Shown here piece by piece: positions 57,047 to 64,000 of a stretch of DNA of 64,000 nucleotides; position 1 is the stretch's first letter, and each line of letters begins with the position of its first letter. The translations under genes were made by a program, and so were the position numbers. The DNA lies in assembly GCA_038253355.1 (NCBI GenBank), contig JBBSHF010000001.1, positions 933-64,932 of the forward strand. Reading direction: 5' to 3'. The notes beneath the pieces are model-generated. The model did no database searches. It was not told the origin of the DNA and worked only from the letters and a program-made list of their open reading frames with translations. Source of the stretch: Candidatus Limnocylindria bacterium (GTDB taxonomy: Bacteria; Chloroflexota; Limnocylindria; QHBO01).

Positions 57047-57997
57047 TCAGACCGCGAAAATACGCCCCATGAGACGGACCATGTCGAGATCGCGGGGCAG
57101 GAAGTCCTGCAGCATGATGCGCTGGGCACCGGCGGCTTCGAGGCTGCGCACGCGCTCCCAGGCCTCGTCGGGCGTGCCCATGATCCAGCGTTCGCGTCGC
57201 TCGGCCAGCCAGGCGCGTGGATCCTCCTCGGAGGTGGTGATCGTCAGCAGCTGGCCGATGCGATCCTGGAGCTCGGACTCTGTCTCGGCGACCAGCACGC
57301 CGACCATGGCCGAGCGGACCACCTCGTCGGGGTCGCGGCCGATGGCCTCGCACGCTTCGCGCACGCGGCCATAGGCCTCGCGCACGCGATCGGGGGTGGC
57401 GGATTGACGGTTGAACTCATCGGCATAGGTGGCAACCAGTCGCGCCAACCGTGGGCCGCCATCGCCGCCCAGGATGAGATGCGGGTGTCGCTGCTGGGTC
57501 CCGGCCGGGCGTGGGTTGAAGCGCGCGCCGCGGACCTGCCAATGCTCGCCGGCGAACCGCCAGCCATCGGGTTCGGTCCACAGGCCATGCACGATGGCCA
57601 GCGCCTCCTCGAGCATGTCGTAGCGTTCGCGTAGCGGTGGAAAGGGAATGCCCAGCTCGCCGTGTTCGGTCTCGTTCCAGCCGGCACCCATGCCGAGCTC
57701 GATGCGCCCGCCGCTCATCTCGTCGACGGTCGCCACCATCTTGGCGAAGGGGCCCGGAATGCGGAAGGTCACCGGTGAGACGAGCGTGCCGAGGTGGATG
57801 CGTTCCGTCTCGCGAGCCAGGCCCGCGAGAGTCGCCCAGGCATCGGTCGTGGGCAGGCCTGCCTCGCCGGGGAACGAGGTGTAGTGGTCGGAGCGGAAGA
57901 ATGCCTCGATCCCCGCCTCGCTGGCGGTGCGCGCCAGGACCAGGATCTCATCGTAGCTGAGCCCTTGCTGGGGCTCGCACATCAGGGCGAATCTCAT
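57047..57997 (-). CDS. LLM-class (luciferase-like) F420-dependent oxidoreductase family protein
   Basis: TIM-barrel LLM motifs: SDHYTS, GTLVSPVTFR, GRIELGMGAGW. F420 versus FMN specificity cannot be told from sequence alone. Confidence 0.75.
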   Translation of the reverse strand: MRFALMCEPQQGLSYDEILVLARTASEAGIEAFFRSDHYTSFPGEAGLPTTDAWATLAGLARETERIHLGTLVSPVTFRIPGPFAKMVATVDEMSGGRIELGMGAGWNETEHGELGIPFPPLRERYDMLEEALAIVHGLWTEPDGWRFAGEHWQVRGARFNPRPAGTQQRHPHLILGGDGGPRLARLVATYADEFNRQSATPDRVREAYGRVREACEAIGRDPDEVVRSAMVGVLVAETESELQDRIGQLLTITTSEEDPRAWLAERRERWIMGTPDEAWERVRSLEAAGAQRIMLQDFLPRDLDMVRLMGRIFAV

Positions 57998-58009
57998 GAG
58001 CTCAGCCTA

Positions 58010-58546
58010 TCAGCGCCAGTCATCGGCGGACCGGAGCGCCGCGCGAACCGTCTCGGGGTCGAATCCGCGGCGTATCAGGAACGCGCCGAGTCGTTGCAGC
58101 GCCCGTGGCTCGTCGGGCAGGGGCCGGCCGCGCAGGTGGCGCGCGATGGCCGTGCGCGCCCGCTCCAGCTCGGTGCGCGGCAGCACTTCATCTTCGTTGG
58201 GTGGCGTGGGCCGTTCCATGTCGCGCAGCTCCTCGACGACGTCGCGCTGCACGCCGCGCTGGCGCAGCTCCGCCTCCACCAGGCGCCGACCGCGTGGCGC
58301 GTGCCGGTCGCGCTGCTCGGCCCACCAACGAGCGAAGGACTCGTCGTCAACGTAGCCCAGCTCCACCAGCCGTTCGATTGCGGCCTCGCGCACCTCGTCG
58401 CTGATGCCGGAGCGTCGCAGCCGCCCCTCGAGCTCCCAGCGGCTGCGCGGGCGAGCGCCCAGATAGCGAGCCGCGATCTCCATGGCGGCGGGCAGGTCGG
58501 GCGCGGGGTGCTCCTGCGGCGGGAAGCGGCGACGGCGCCGGGACAT
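58010..58546 (-). CDS. recX: Recombination regulator RecX
   Basis: Three-helix repeats (YVDDESFARWW...RGRRLVEAELRQRGV). Conserved position downstream of recA. Confidence 0.8.
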   Translation of the reverse strand: MSRRRRRFPPQEHPAPDLPAAMEIAARYLGARPRSRWELEGRLRRSGISDEVREAAIERLVELGYVDDESFARWWAEQRDRHAPRGRRLVEAELRQRGVQRDVVEELRDMERPTPPNEDEVLPRTELERARTAIARHLRGRPLPDEPRALQRLGAFLIRRGFDPETVRAALRSADDWR

Positions 58547-58567
58547 CGGTCTGGAGGGAGCTCCTGC

Positions 58568-59650
58568 CTATTCGACCTCGGGAATCCCCTCGACACCCAC
58601 CTCGATGCTGGCCACCTTGCCGCGGATCTCCGAATCGACCCTGGCGGCGATCTCCGGGTTCGTCTTGAAGAACTCGCGGGCGTTCTCGCGTCCCTGGCCG
58701 AGGCGGATGTCACCGTAGTTGAACCAGGCACCGGTCTTCGACAGGATGCCGGCGGCGATTCCGACGTCGAGCAGGCCGCCCTCGCGGCTGATGCCCTCGT
58801 TGTACATGATGTCGAACTCGGCCACGCGGAACGGGCTGGCGACCTTGTTCTTGACCACCTTGACGCGGGTCCGGCTGCCGATCGCATCGGTTCCGATCTT
58901 AAGCGTCTCGATGCGGCGGATGTCGAGACGCACCGAGCAGTAGAACTTCAGCGCGCGGCCGCCCGGCGTGGTTTCGGGGTTGCCGAACATGACCCCGATC
59001 TTCTCGCGCAGCTGGTTGGTGAATACCAGCGCCGTGTTGGAGCGGTTGATGGCACCCGTCAGCTTGCGCAGGGCCTGGCTCATCAGGCGTGCCTGGAGGC
59101 CAACGTGAGCGTCGCCCATGTCGCCCTCGATCTCGGCACGAGGGACCAGCGCGGCCACCGAGTCGACGATCACCACGTCGACGCCATTGCTGCGGATGAG
59201 CGTTTCGGCGATCTCCAGCGCCTGCTCACCGGTATCGGGCTGCGAGACGAGCAGCTCGTCGACATCGAGTCCGACGTTGCGCGCGTAGGTCGGGTCGAGC
59301 GCATGTTCGGCATCGATGAAGGCCACGATCCCGCCGGCACGCTGCGCATTGGCGGCAATGTGGTAGCAGAGCGTCGTCTTGCCGCTGGACTCCGGCCCGA
59401 AGATCTCGGTGATCCTGCCGCGCGGGATGCCCCCCACGCCGAGCGCCAGGTCCAGGGCAATCGACCCGCTGGGGATCACCTCGACGCTCATCATGGCGCC
59501 CTTGTCGCCGAGGCGCATGATCGCGCCACGCCCGAACTGCTTCTCGATCTGCAGGATCGCCGCGTCGACGGCTCGACCCCGTTCTCCGCTCCGCTCTCCG
59601 TTACGCTGGGCAGGGGTCTCGGCCTGGGCCTGTGCCACCGGGGCATCCAT
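58568..59650 (-). CDS. recA: Recombinase RecA
   Basis: [10 protein letters not shown] Walker A; [11 protein letters not shown]; [10 protein letters not shown]; [20 protein letters not shown] loop L2. Confidence 0.95.
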   Translation of the reverse strand: MDAPVAQAQAETPAQRNGERSGERGRAVDAAILQIEKQFGRGAIMRLGDKGAMMSVEVIPSGSIALDLALGVGGIPRGRITEIFGPESSGKTTLCYHIAANAQRAGGIVAFIDAEHALDPTYARNVGLDVDELLVSQPDTGEQALEIAETLIRSNGVDVVIVDSVAALVPRAEIEGDMGDAHVGLQARLMSQALRKLTGAINRSNTALVFTNQLREKIGVMFGNPETTPGGRALKFYCSVRLDIRRIETLKIGTDAIGSRTRVKVVKNKVASPFRVAEFDIMYNEGISREGGLLDVGIAAGILSKTGAWFNYGDIRLGQGRENAREFFKTNPEIAARVDSEIRGKVASIEVGVEGIPEVE

Positions 59651-59938
59651 GTTCGCTCGGCTCCTTTTCGATGTTCCGCTGCCGGCGAATCAGGTCATTC
59701 GTCGCTGGCGGTGGGTTCGCTGCGCGGCTTGCGCTTTGGTTTGATCACCTCGGTCGACATGGGCGGCTCGTAGGCCGATGTCGGTTGGATCTTGGCCGCC
59801 TTCTCCTTCGGCTTGCGCTTCTCCTGACGGCGCGGTCGATCTCGGCTCCCCATCTTGTCTCTCGAACCTCCGCTTGGCCGATCGAGGTGGCCGTAGCCTG
59901 CACCACTGGCCCTTACCGGGCCGTTACTGGCGGCTTAC

Positions 59939-61063
59939 TTACCTCGTGTCGGCACGCTCATACTGCCCCGCCACGGACTCTCGCAGTGACGCGAACGACC
60001 CGTCGGCGAGTGCCGAACGGATGCGTCGCATCAGGTCGAGAGTATAGGTGACGTTGTGGAGCGAAGCGAGGCGATAGGCGAGCAGCTCCCCGGCCCGGAA
60101 CAGGTGCGCGAGGTAGGCCCGCGAGTAGTCGCGGCAGGTCTCGCAGCGGCACTCCACGTCGAGCGGCGACGGGTCGTCCACGAAGCGCGCGTTGCGCAGG
60201 TTCAGTCGCCCCTCGCTGGTCCACAGCTGGCCGTTGCGCGCCACGCGGGTGGGCAGCACGCAGTCGAACAGGTCGATTCCACGCTCGACGCCGGTGAAGA
60301 AGTCGAGCGGCGAGCCGACACCCATCAGGTAGCGCACGCGTGGGTCGTCGCCCAGCGTCTCGGCTACCACGTCGAGTGTGGCAGCCATCTCACGCTTCGT
60401 CTCTCCGACCGACAGGCCACCGATCGCCAGGCCATCGAACGGCAGCCGTGCCACTTCGGCAACGGAGCGCTGGCGAAGGGACGCGTCGACTCCGCCCTGG
60501 ATGATGCCGAACAGCGCCTGGTCCCCGCGCGTGTGGGCTGCCAGGCAGCGCTCCGCCCAGCGGTGCGTGCGGGTCATCGCCTCCTCGACCTCGGAGTGTG
60601 GACGCGTCGCATCCAGCAGCTGGTCGAAGGCCATGACGATATCGCTGCCAAGCAGCTCCTGGATCTCCATCGAGCGTTCCGGTGTCAGCCGCTGCTGCGA
60701 GCCGTCGAGGTGCGAGGCGAAGGTGACACCATCGTCGTCCACGCGCCCCAGGTGCGCGAGGCTGAAGACCTGGAAGCCGCCCGAATCGGTCAATATCGGT
60801 CCATCCCAGGCCATGAACCGATGCAGGCCGCCCAGGCGCGCGACGCGTTTGGCGCCTGGGCGCAGGCTGAGATGGTAGGCGTTGCCCAGGATGATCTGCG
60901 TGCCGGCGTCGCGCAGATCGGTGGGGGTCAGGCTCTTGACCGTCGCCTGCGTCCCGACCGGCATGAACTGCGGCGTCTGGATCGCGCCGTGCGGCGTCGT
61001 CAGCGTGCCGAGCCGCGCACGACCGGTGGTGGTGGGGCTGACGCTGAAGCTGATCGGCCCCAC
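59939..61063 (-). CDS. tgt: Queuine tRNA-ribosyltransferase
   Basis: GRARLGTLTTPHGAIQTPQFMPVGT; QIILGNAYHL; C-terminal zinc site CxCxxC...H. Confidence 0.9.
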   Translation of the reverse strand: MGPISFSVSPTTTGRARLGTLTTPHGAIQTPQFMPVGTQATVKSLTPTDLRDAGTQIILGNAYHLSLRPGAKRVARLGGLHRFMAWDGPILTDSGGFQVFSLAHLGRVDDDGVTFASHLDGSQQRLTPERSMEIQELLGSDIVMAFDQLLDATRPHSEVEEAMTRTHRWAERCLAAHTRGDQALFGIIQGGVDASLRQRSVAEVARLPFDGLAIGGLSVGETKREMAATLDVVAETLGDDPRVRYLMGVGSPLDFFTGVERGIDLFDCVLPTRVARNGQLWTSEGRLNLRNARFVDDPSPLDVECRCETCRDYSRAYLAHLFRAGELLAYRLASLHNVTYTLDLMRRIRSALADGSFASLRESVAGQYERADTR

Positions 61064-61064
61064 G

Positions 61065-61271
61065 CTAGGTCCGATGAGTGTGGTTGCTTAGAGCCGAGCG
61101 CATCGTGAAATAGATGAATGCGCCGATACCGTCACGCGCTGCGGCAATCAGCGCACCGTAGCCCAGATGATTTCCGGGCGTGTTTCTGTCGGTGACAAAC
61201 GTGAAGCCGATTGTGACCGCCGCAATGATCGCCACGACCAAAGCCAATTTCCAACGGAGGCTGCTGACCAT
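61065..61271 (-). CDS. Small two-TM membrane protein, translationally coupled upstream of tgt (hypothetical)
   Basis: MVSSLRWKLALVVAIIAAVTIGFTFV...GALIAAARDGIGAFIYF. Lower local GC; no clear RBS. Confidence 0.35.
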   Translation of the reverse strand: MVSSLRWKLALVVAIIAAVTIGFTFVTDRNTPGNHLGYGALIAAARDGIGAFIYFTMRSALSNHTHRT

Positions 61272-61305
61272 GTGTGCAAGAGGATAGGCTACCGATGATT
61301 GAGAG

Positions 61306-61812
61306 GTGTACCGCGTGCGACTGGCCGATTGGCCCCGAATGCCATACCTGAACGACGAGCTGCGCGAGTGGATCGCGCTGCAGCTGCGCACCCTTGGCGT
61401 CGAGGAGATCGCCGTCTACGCCGTCGAGGCGGGTGGCGACGATGAGCAGCGCCGCGTCCTGGTGGCCACCGAGGTCGGTCTGCTGGATGGCGTGTACGCG
61501 CCCCGCGGATCGACTGCACGCTATGCATTGAATGCCCAGCTCTACCCGTGGCAGGCGGTGCGCGAGGTCGATCTGCGAGTCGAAACCTACCGCGTCTGGG
61601 CGCTCGAGCACCGCACCCGCTGGCATCTGCGCATGGCGCGCCCCGCCTTCGAGAGCGCCACCGAGTCGGCCGAGCTGGGAGCGGCCCTGGCAGACTTCGC
61701 CAAGGTCAGCGCGGTGATGGCCGAGCCGTCCGGCTGGTCCTCATCTGACGAGACCGATGCGATCACTCCCCCACCCAGGCCCCGCGTCCTGCCACCGCCC
61801 GAGCAAGGTTGA
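61306..61812 (+). CDS. Hypothetical protein
   Basis: 168-codon ORF with GC3-rich usage. No recognisable motifs. Confidence 0.4.
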   Translation: MYRVRLADWPRMPYLNDELREWIALQLRTLGVEEIAVYAVEAGGDDEQRRVLVATEVGLLDGVYAPRGSTARYALNAQLYPWQAVREVDLRVETYRVWALEHRTRWHLRMARPAFESATESAELGAALADFAKVSAVMAEPSGWSSSDETDAITPPPRPRVLPPPEQG

Positions 61813-62022
61813 GCTTCCGACCCGCCTCCGGAGTCGCTTGAGCGCCGGGCCCTCGCCCGACCTGTCAGATGTCGGTCGCAGGCGCGTTAACCCGGTCGGG
61901 CTCGAGCGGGTGCGCCTTCAACGAGGCATTTGAGCGTGGAATCCGGGCGCGCACCGACCGCCGCAAGCGCTGGACTTCGTTAGGGCGACTGACACCGACG
62001 CATGCACCTTCGGTGAGGCGCT

Positions 62023-63096
62023 TCAGGCGATGAGCATCGCGTCGCCGAAGCTGAAGAACCGATACCCCCGCTCCAGTGCCGTGCGATAGGCCGCCAGGAC
62101 CGTGTCCCGCGCTCCGAAGGTCGTGGCGTTGGGCATTCCGGCCTGCACGAAGGCGGTCACCAGCAGCAGCAGCGAGCTGCGCGGCAGATGGAAGTTGGTG
62201 ATCAGCGCGTCCACGCCACCGAACCGATACGGCGGCGTGACATACAGGTCGCTCCAGCCGCTCTGCGCGTCATCGCGGGCGGCGGTTTCGAGGACGCGGA
62301 CGCTGGTCGTGCCGACGGCTACGACCCGGTCGCCGGCTGCGCGGGTTTCCCGCAACGCCTGACGGGTCGCGGCCGAAATCTCGTACCACTCGCGGTGGAT
62401 GTGATGCTCGTCGACGAACTCACCGTCCAGCGGCCGGAAGGTGTCGAGGCCCACGTGCAGCGTCACGCTCGCCCGCCGCACGCCATGCGCCTCGAGCGAG
62501 GAGAGCAGCGCCGGCGTGAAGTGCAGGCCGGCGGTCGGCGCGGCCGCCGAGCCCGGCGGTAGCGCGTACACGGTCTGGTAGCGCTCCGCGGGAGCCGACC
62601 GATCGTGGATGTAGGGCGGCAGGGGCATCTCGCCGGCGGCGGCCATCACGGTCTGCGGGTCACGCTCGAAGCGGACCGCGCGCGTCCCGTCGACGAGCCG
62701 CTCCCCCACCTCGACCTGATCGCCCGAGCCGAGCGTCAATCGGGCGCCGACCCGCAGTCGAGCCGAGGGTCGCACGAGCGCCTCCCAGCGACCGGTCGCA
62801 TCGTCCAGCGGGCGCAGCAGCAGGACTTCAGCGGCACCCCCACCGGATCGGACGGCCGTCAGGCGCGCTGGGATGACGCGGCTGTCGTTGACGACCAGCA
62901 GGTCGCCCGCGCGTAGCTCCTCGCCCATCTCGGCGAAATGGCGATGGCGCAGCGCGACTCGCCCGGCAGCGGACGCGCGCCGGTCCAGGACGAGCAGCCG
63001 CGAGGCATCGCGCGGCTCGGCCGGCGTCTGCGCGATCGCATCGGGCGGCAGGTCGTAGGCGAAGTCGTCGACCCGCAGCCGGGACGCATCGGTCAT
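62023..63096 (-). CDS. queA: S-adenosylmethionine:tRNA ribosyltransferase-isomerase
   Basis: LRVDDFAYDLPPDAIAQTPAEPRDASRLLVL; VNDSRVIPARL; C-terminal GTTSVR. Confidence 0.9.
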   Translation of the reverse strand: MTDASRLRVDDFAYDLPPDAIAQTPAEPRDASRLLVLDRRASAAGRVALRHRHFAEMGEELRAGDLLVVNDSRVIPARLTAVRSGGGAAEVLLLRPLDDATGRWEALVRPSARLRVGARLTLGSGDQVEVGERLVDGTRAVRFERDPQTVMAAAGEMPLPPYIHDRSAPAERYQTVYALPPGSAAAPTAGLHFTPALLSSLEAHGVRRASVTLHVGLDTFRPLDGEFVDEHHIHREWYEISAATRQALRETRAAGDRVVAVGTTSVRVLETAARDDAQSGWSDLYVTPPYRFGGVDALITNFHLPRSSLLLLVTAFVQAGMPNATTFGARDTVLAAYRTALERGYRFFSFGDAMLIA

Positions 63097-63164
63097 GCGT
63101 TCATGCTATCGGCCGAGGAGGACGCCCGACCGGGGGAGCCGGCCGGGCGCATCGGTGTGTGGGC

Positions 63165-64000
63165 CTACTTGACGAGCGAAGCGATCCAGTCCTGCGCGAA
63201 GTAGACCAGGAACAGGATCGAGACGAGCCACATCAGCGGATGGATCTCGCCCATCTTGCCGCGGACCAGCTTGATGAGCGTCCAGGCGATGAACCCGGCA
63301 CCGATGCCAACCGTGATGTCGTAGGTCAACGGCATCAGGATCATGGTCAGCAGCGCAGGCAGTCCCTCCTCGACGTCGTTCACCGGGATGTCACGGATCA
63401 GGGTGAACATCAGGTACCCGACCAGCACCAGTGCCGGAGCGGTGGCGACACCGGGGACGATGCCGGCGATCGGTGACAGGAAGACGGCCAGCAGGAAGAG
63501 GATCCCGGTGACCACCGAGGTCAGGCCGGTCCGTCCCCCTTCAGCGACGCCCGCGGCGCTCTCGATATAGGTCGTGTTGGACGATACGCCGCCCAGGCCG
63601 CCGGCGACCGCCGCCAGGCTATCCACCATCAGGACGCGGCCGACGCCGGGTACCGATCCGTCAGGGCGCGCCAGACCTGCCTCAGCAGCGACGCCGGTCA
63701 CCGTTCCCATGGTGTCGAAGAAGTCAGTGAGCATGATCGCGAAAATCGTCAGCAGGGCCACGATCAGGGGCAGCTTGGCGGGATCAAAGACCTCGGTGAG
63801 ATTGAACTTGCCGAGCGTCGTGAAGCTGGGTGCCGCCGAGAAGTCCGCCGGGATCTTGGCCACCCCCAGCAGCAGGGCGATGATGGTCGTGGCCACGATG
63901 CTGATGATCAGGGCGGCCCGAATCTTCATGACGTACAGGACGACCGTGATTGCCAGGCCGATGAGGAACACGAACTGCGCGGCAGTCGTTGGATACGAGA
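63165..64000 (-). CDS. NCS2-family nucleobase permease (AzgA/PbuG-like), 5'-truncated by the window edge
   Basis: Multi-TM protein with NCS2 motifs (TTYIESAAGVAEGGRTGLT...). The ORF continues past nt 64000. Confidence 0.8.
   Translation of the reverse strand, partial: SYPTTAAQFVFLIGLAITVVLYVMKIRAALIISIVATTIIALLLGVAKIPADFSAAPSFTTLGKFNLTEVFDPAKLPLIVALLTIFAIMLTDFFDTMGTVTGVAAEAGLARPDGSVPGVGRVLMVDSLAAVAGGLGGVSSNTTYIESAAGVAEGGRTGLTSVVTGILFLLAVFLSPIAGIVPGVATAPALVLVGYLMFTLIRDIPVNDVEEGLPALLTMILMPLTYDITVGIGAGFIAWTLIKLVRGKMGEIHPLMWLVSILFLVYFAQDWIASLVK

Noticed and set aside
59651-59938. LexA/Cheo-type SOS box upstream of recA
   Set aside because: I searched for CGAAC-N4-GTTCG and TCGAAC-N4-GTTCGA. Only a poorly spaced TCGAAC...ATCGAG pair and short ATGTTC direct repeats were found, with no convincing palindrome. 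The SOS operator of this lineage may differ.

Overview
This 64 kb window is a high-GC (about 70%) bacterial chromosomal segment, densely packed with core translation, RNA-processing and cell-cycle genes. Gene order follows a Firmicutes/Terrabacteria-like pattern throughout. The F420-type LLM oxidoreductase, RNase Y plus RNase J, and the overall synteny suggest a Chloroflexota- or Actinomycetota-like lineage, which I cannot confirm from sequence alone.

Plus-strand blocks:
- recG-rsmD-coaD-(coiled-coil)-yceD-rpmF-plsX-nusB-like-acpP-rnc-smc-ftsY-ffh-DUF3352-like-rpsP-KH-rimM-trmD-rplS-rnhB-yraN
- rpsB-tsf-pyrH-frr-uppS-cdsA-dxr-rseP
- nusA-ylxR-infB-rbfA-nrnA-truB-ribF-rpsO-pnp-udg(family 4)-rnj-ftsK-rodZ-like-yajQ-cinA(C)-Mur ligase-pirin

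Minus-strand genes: queA, tgt, recA-recX, an F420-type LLM oxidoreductase, rny-ymdB-miaA, hflX, a TrmH-family methyltransferase and a LysM/SLT transglycosylase.

I found no rRNA, tRNA, CRISPR array or transposase.

The most unusual feature is the pnp gene. It encodes an 870-aa PNPase with a complete DnaQ/RNase T-like DEDDh 3'-5' exonuclease domain of about 160 aa inserted in-frame into the inter-core alpha-helical domain. The insert has host-like GC and codon usage. A family-4 uracil-DNA glycosylase lies immediately downstream.

Second, a roughly 3 kb lower-GC islet (about 46.5-49.6 kb) encodes a secreted single-domain beta-gamma crystallin-fold protein of the killer-toxin / protease-inhibitor type, followed by an ABC ATPase and an ABC-2 permease.

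Other observations:
- A recurring extended -10 promoter motif (TGnTATACT followed by CCGC) upstream of rpmF, acpP, rplS, rpsB, nusA, rpsO, rny and the leaderless pirin gene.
- An attenuator-like terminator in the nusA leader and a structured rplS leader.
- A 17-bp tandem repeat (4 copies) spanning the stop-start junction at recG.
- uppS lacks a canonical start codon for its conserved N-terminus.
- A GGDEF-E(G)L gene occupies the miaA-hflX gap where hfq usually sits.
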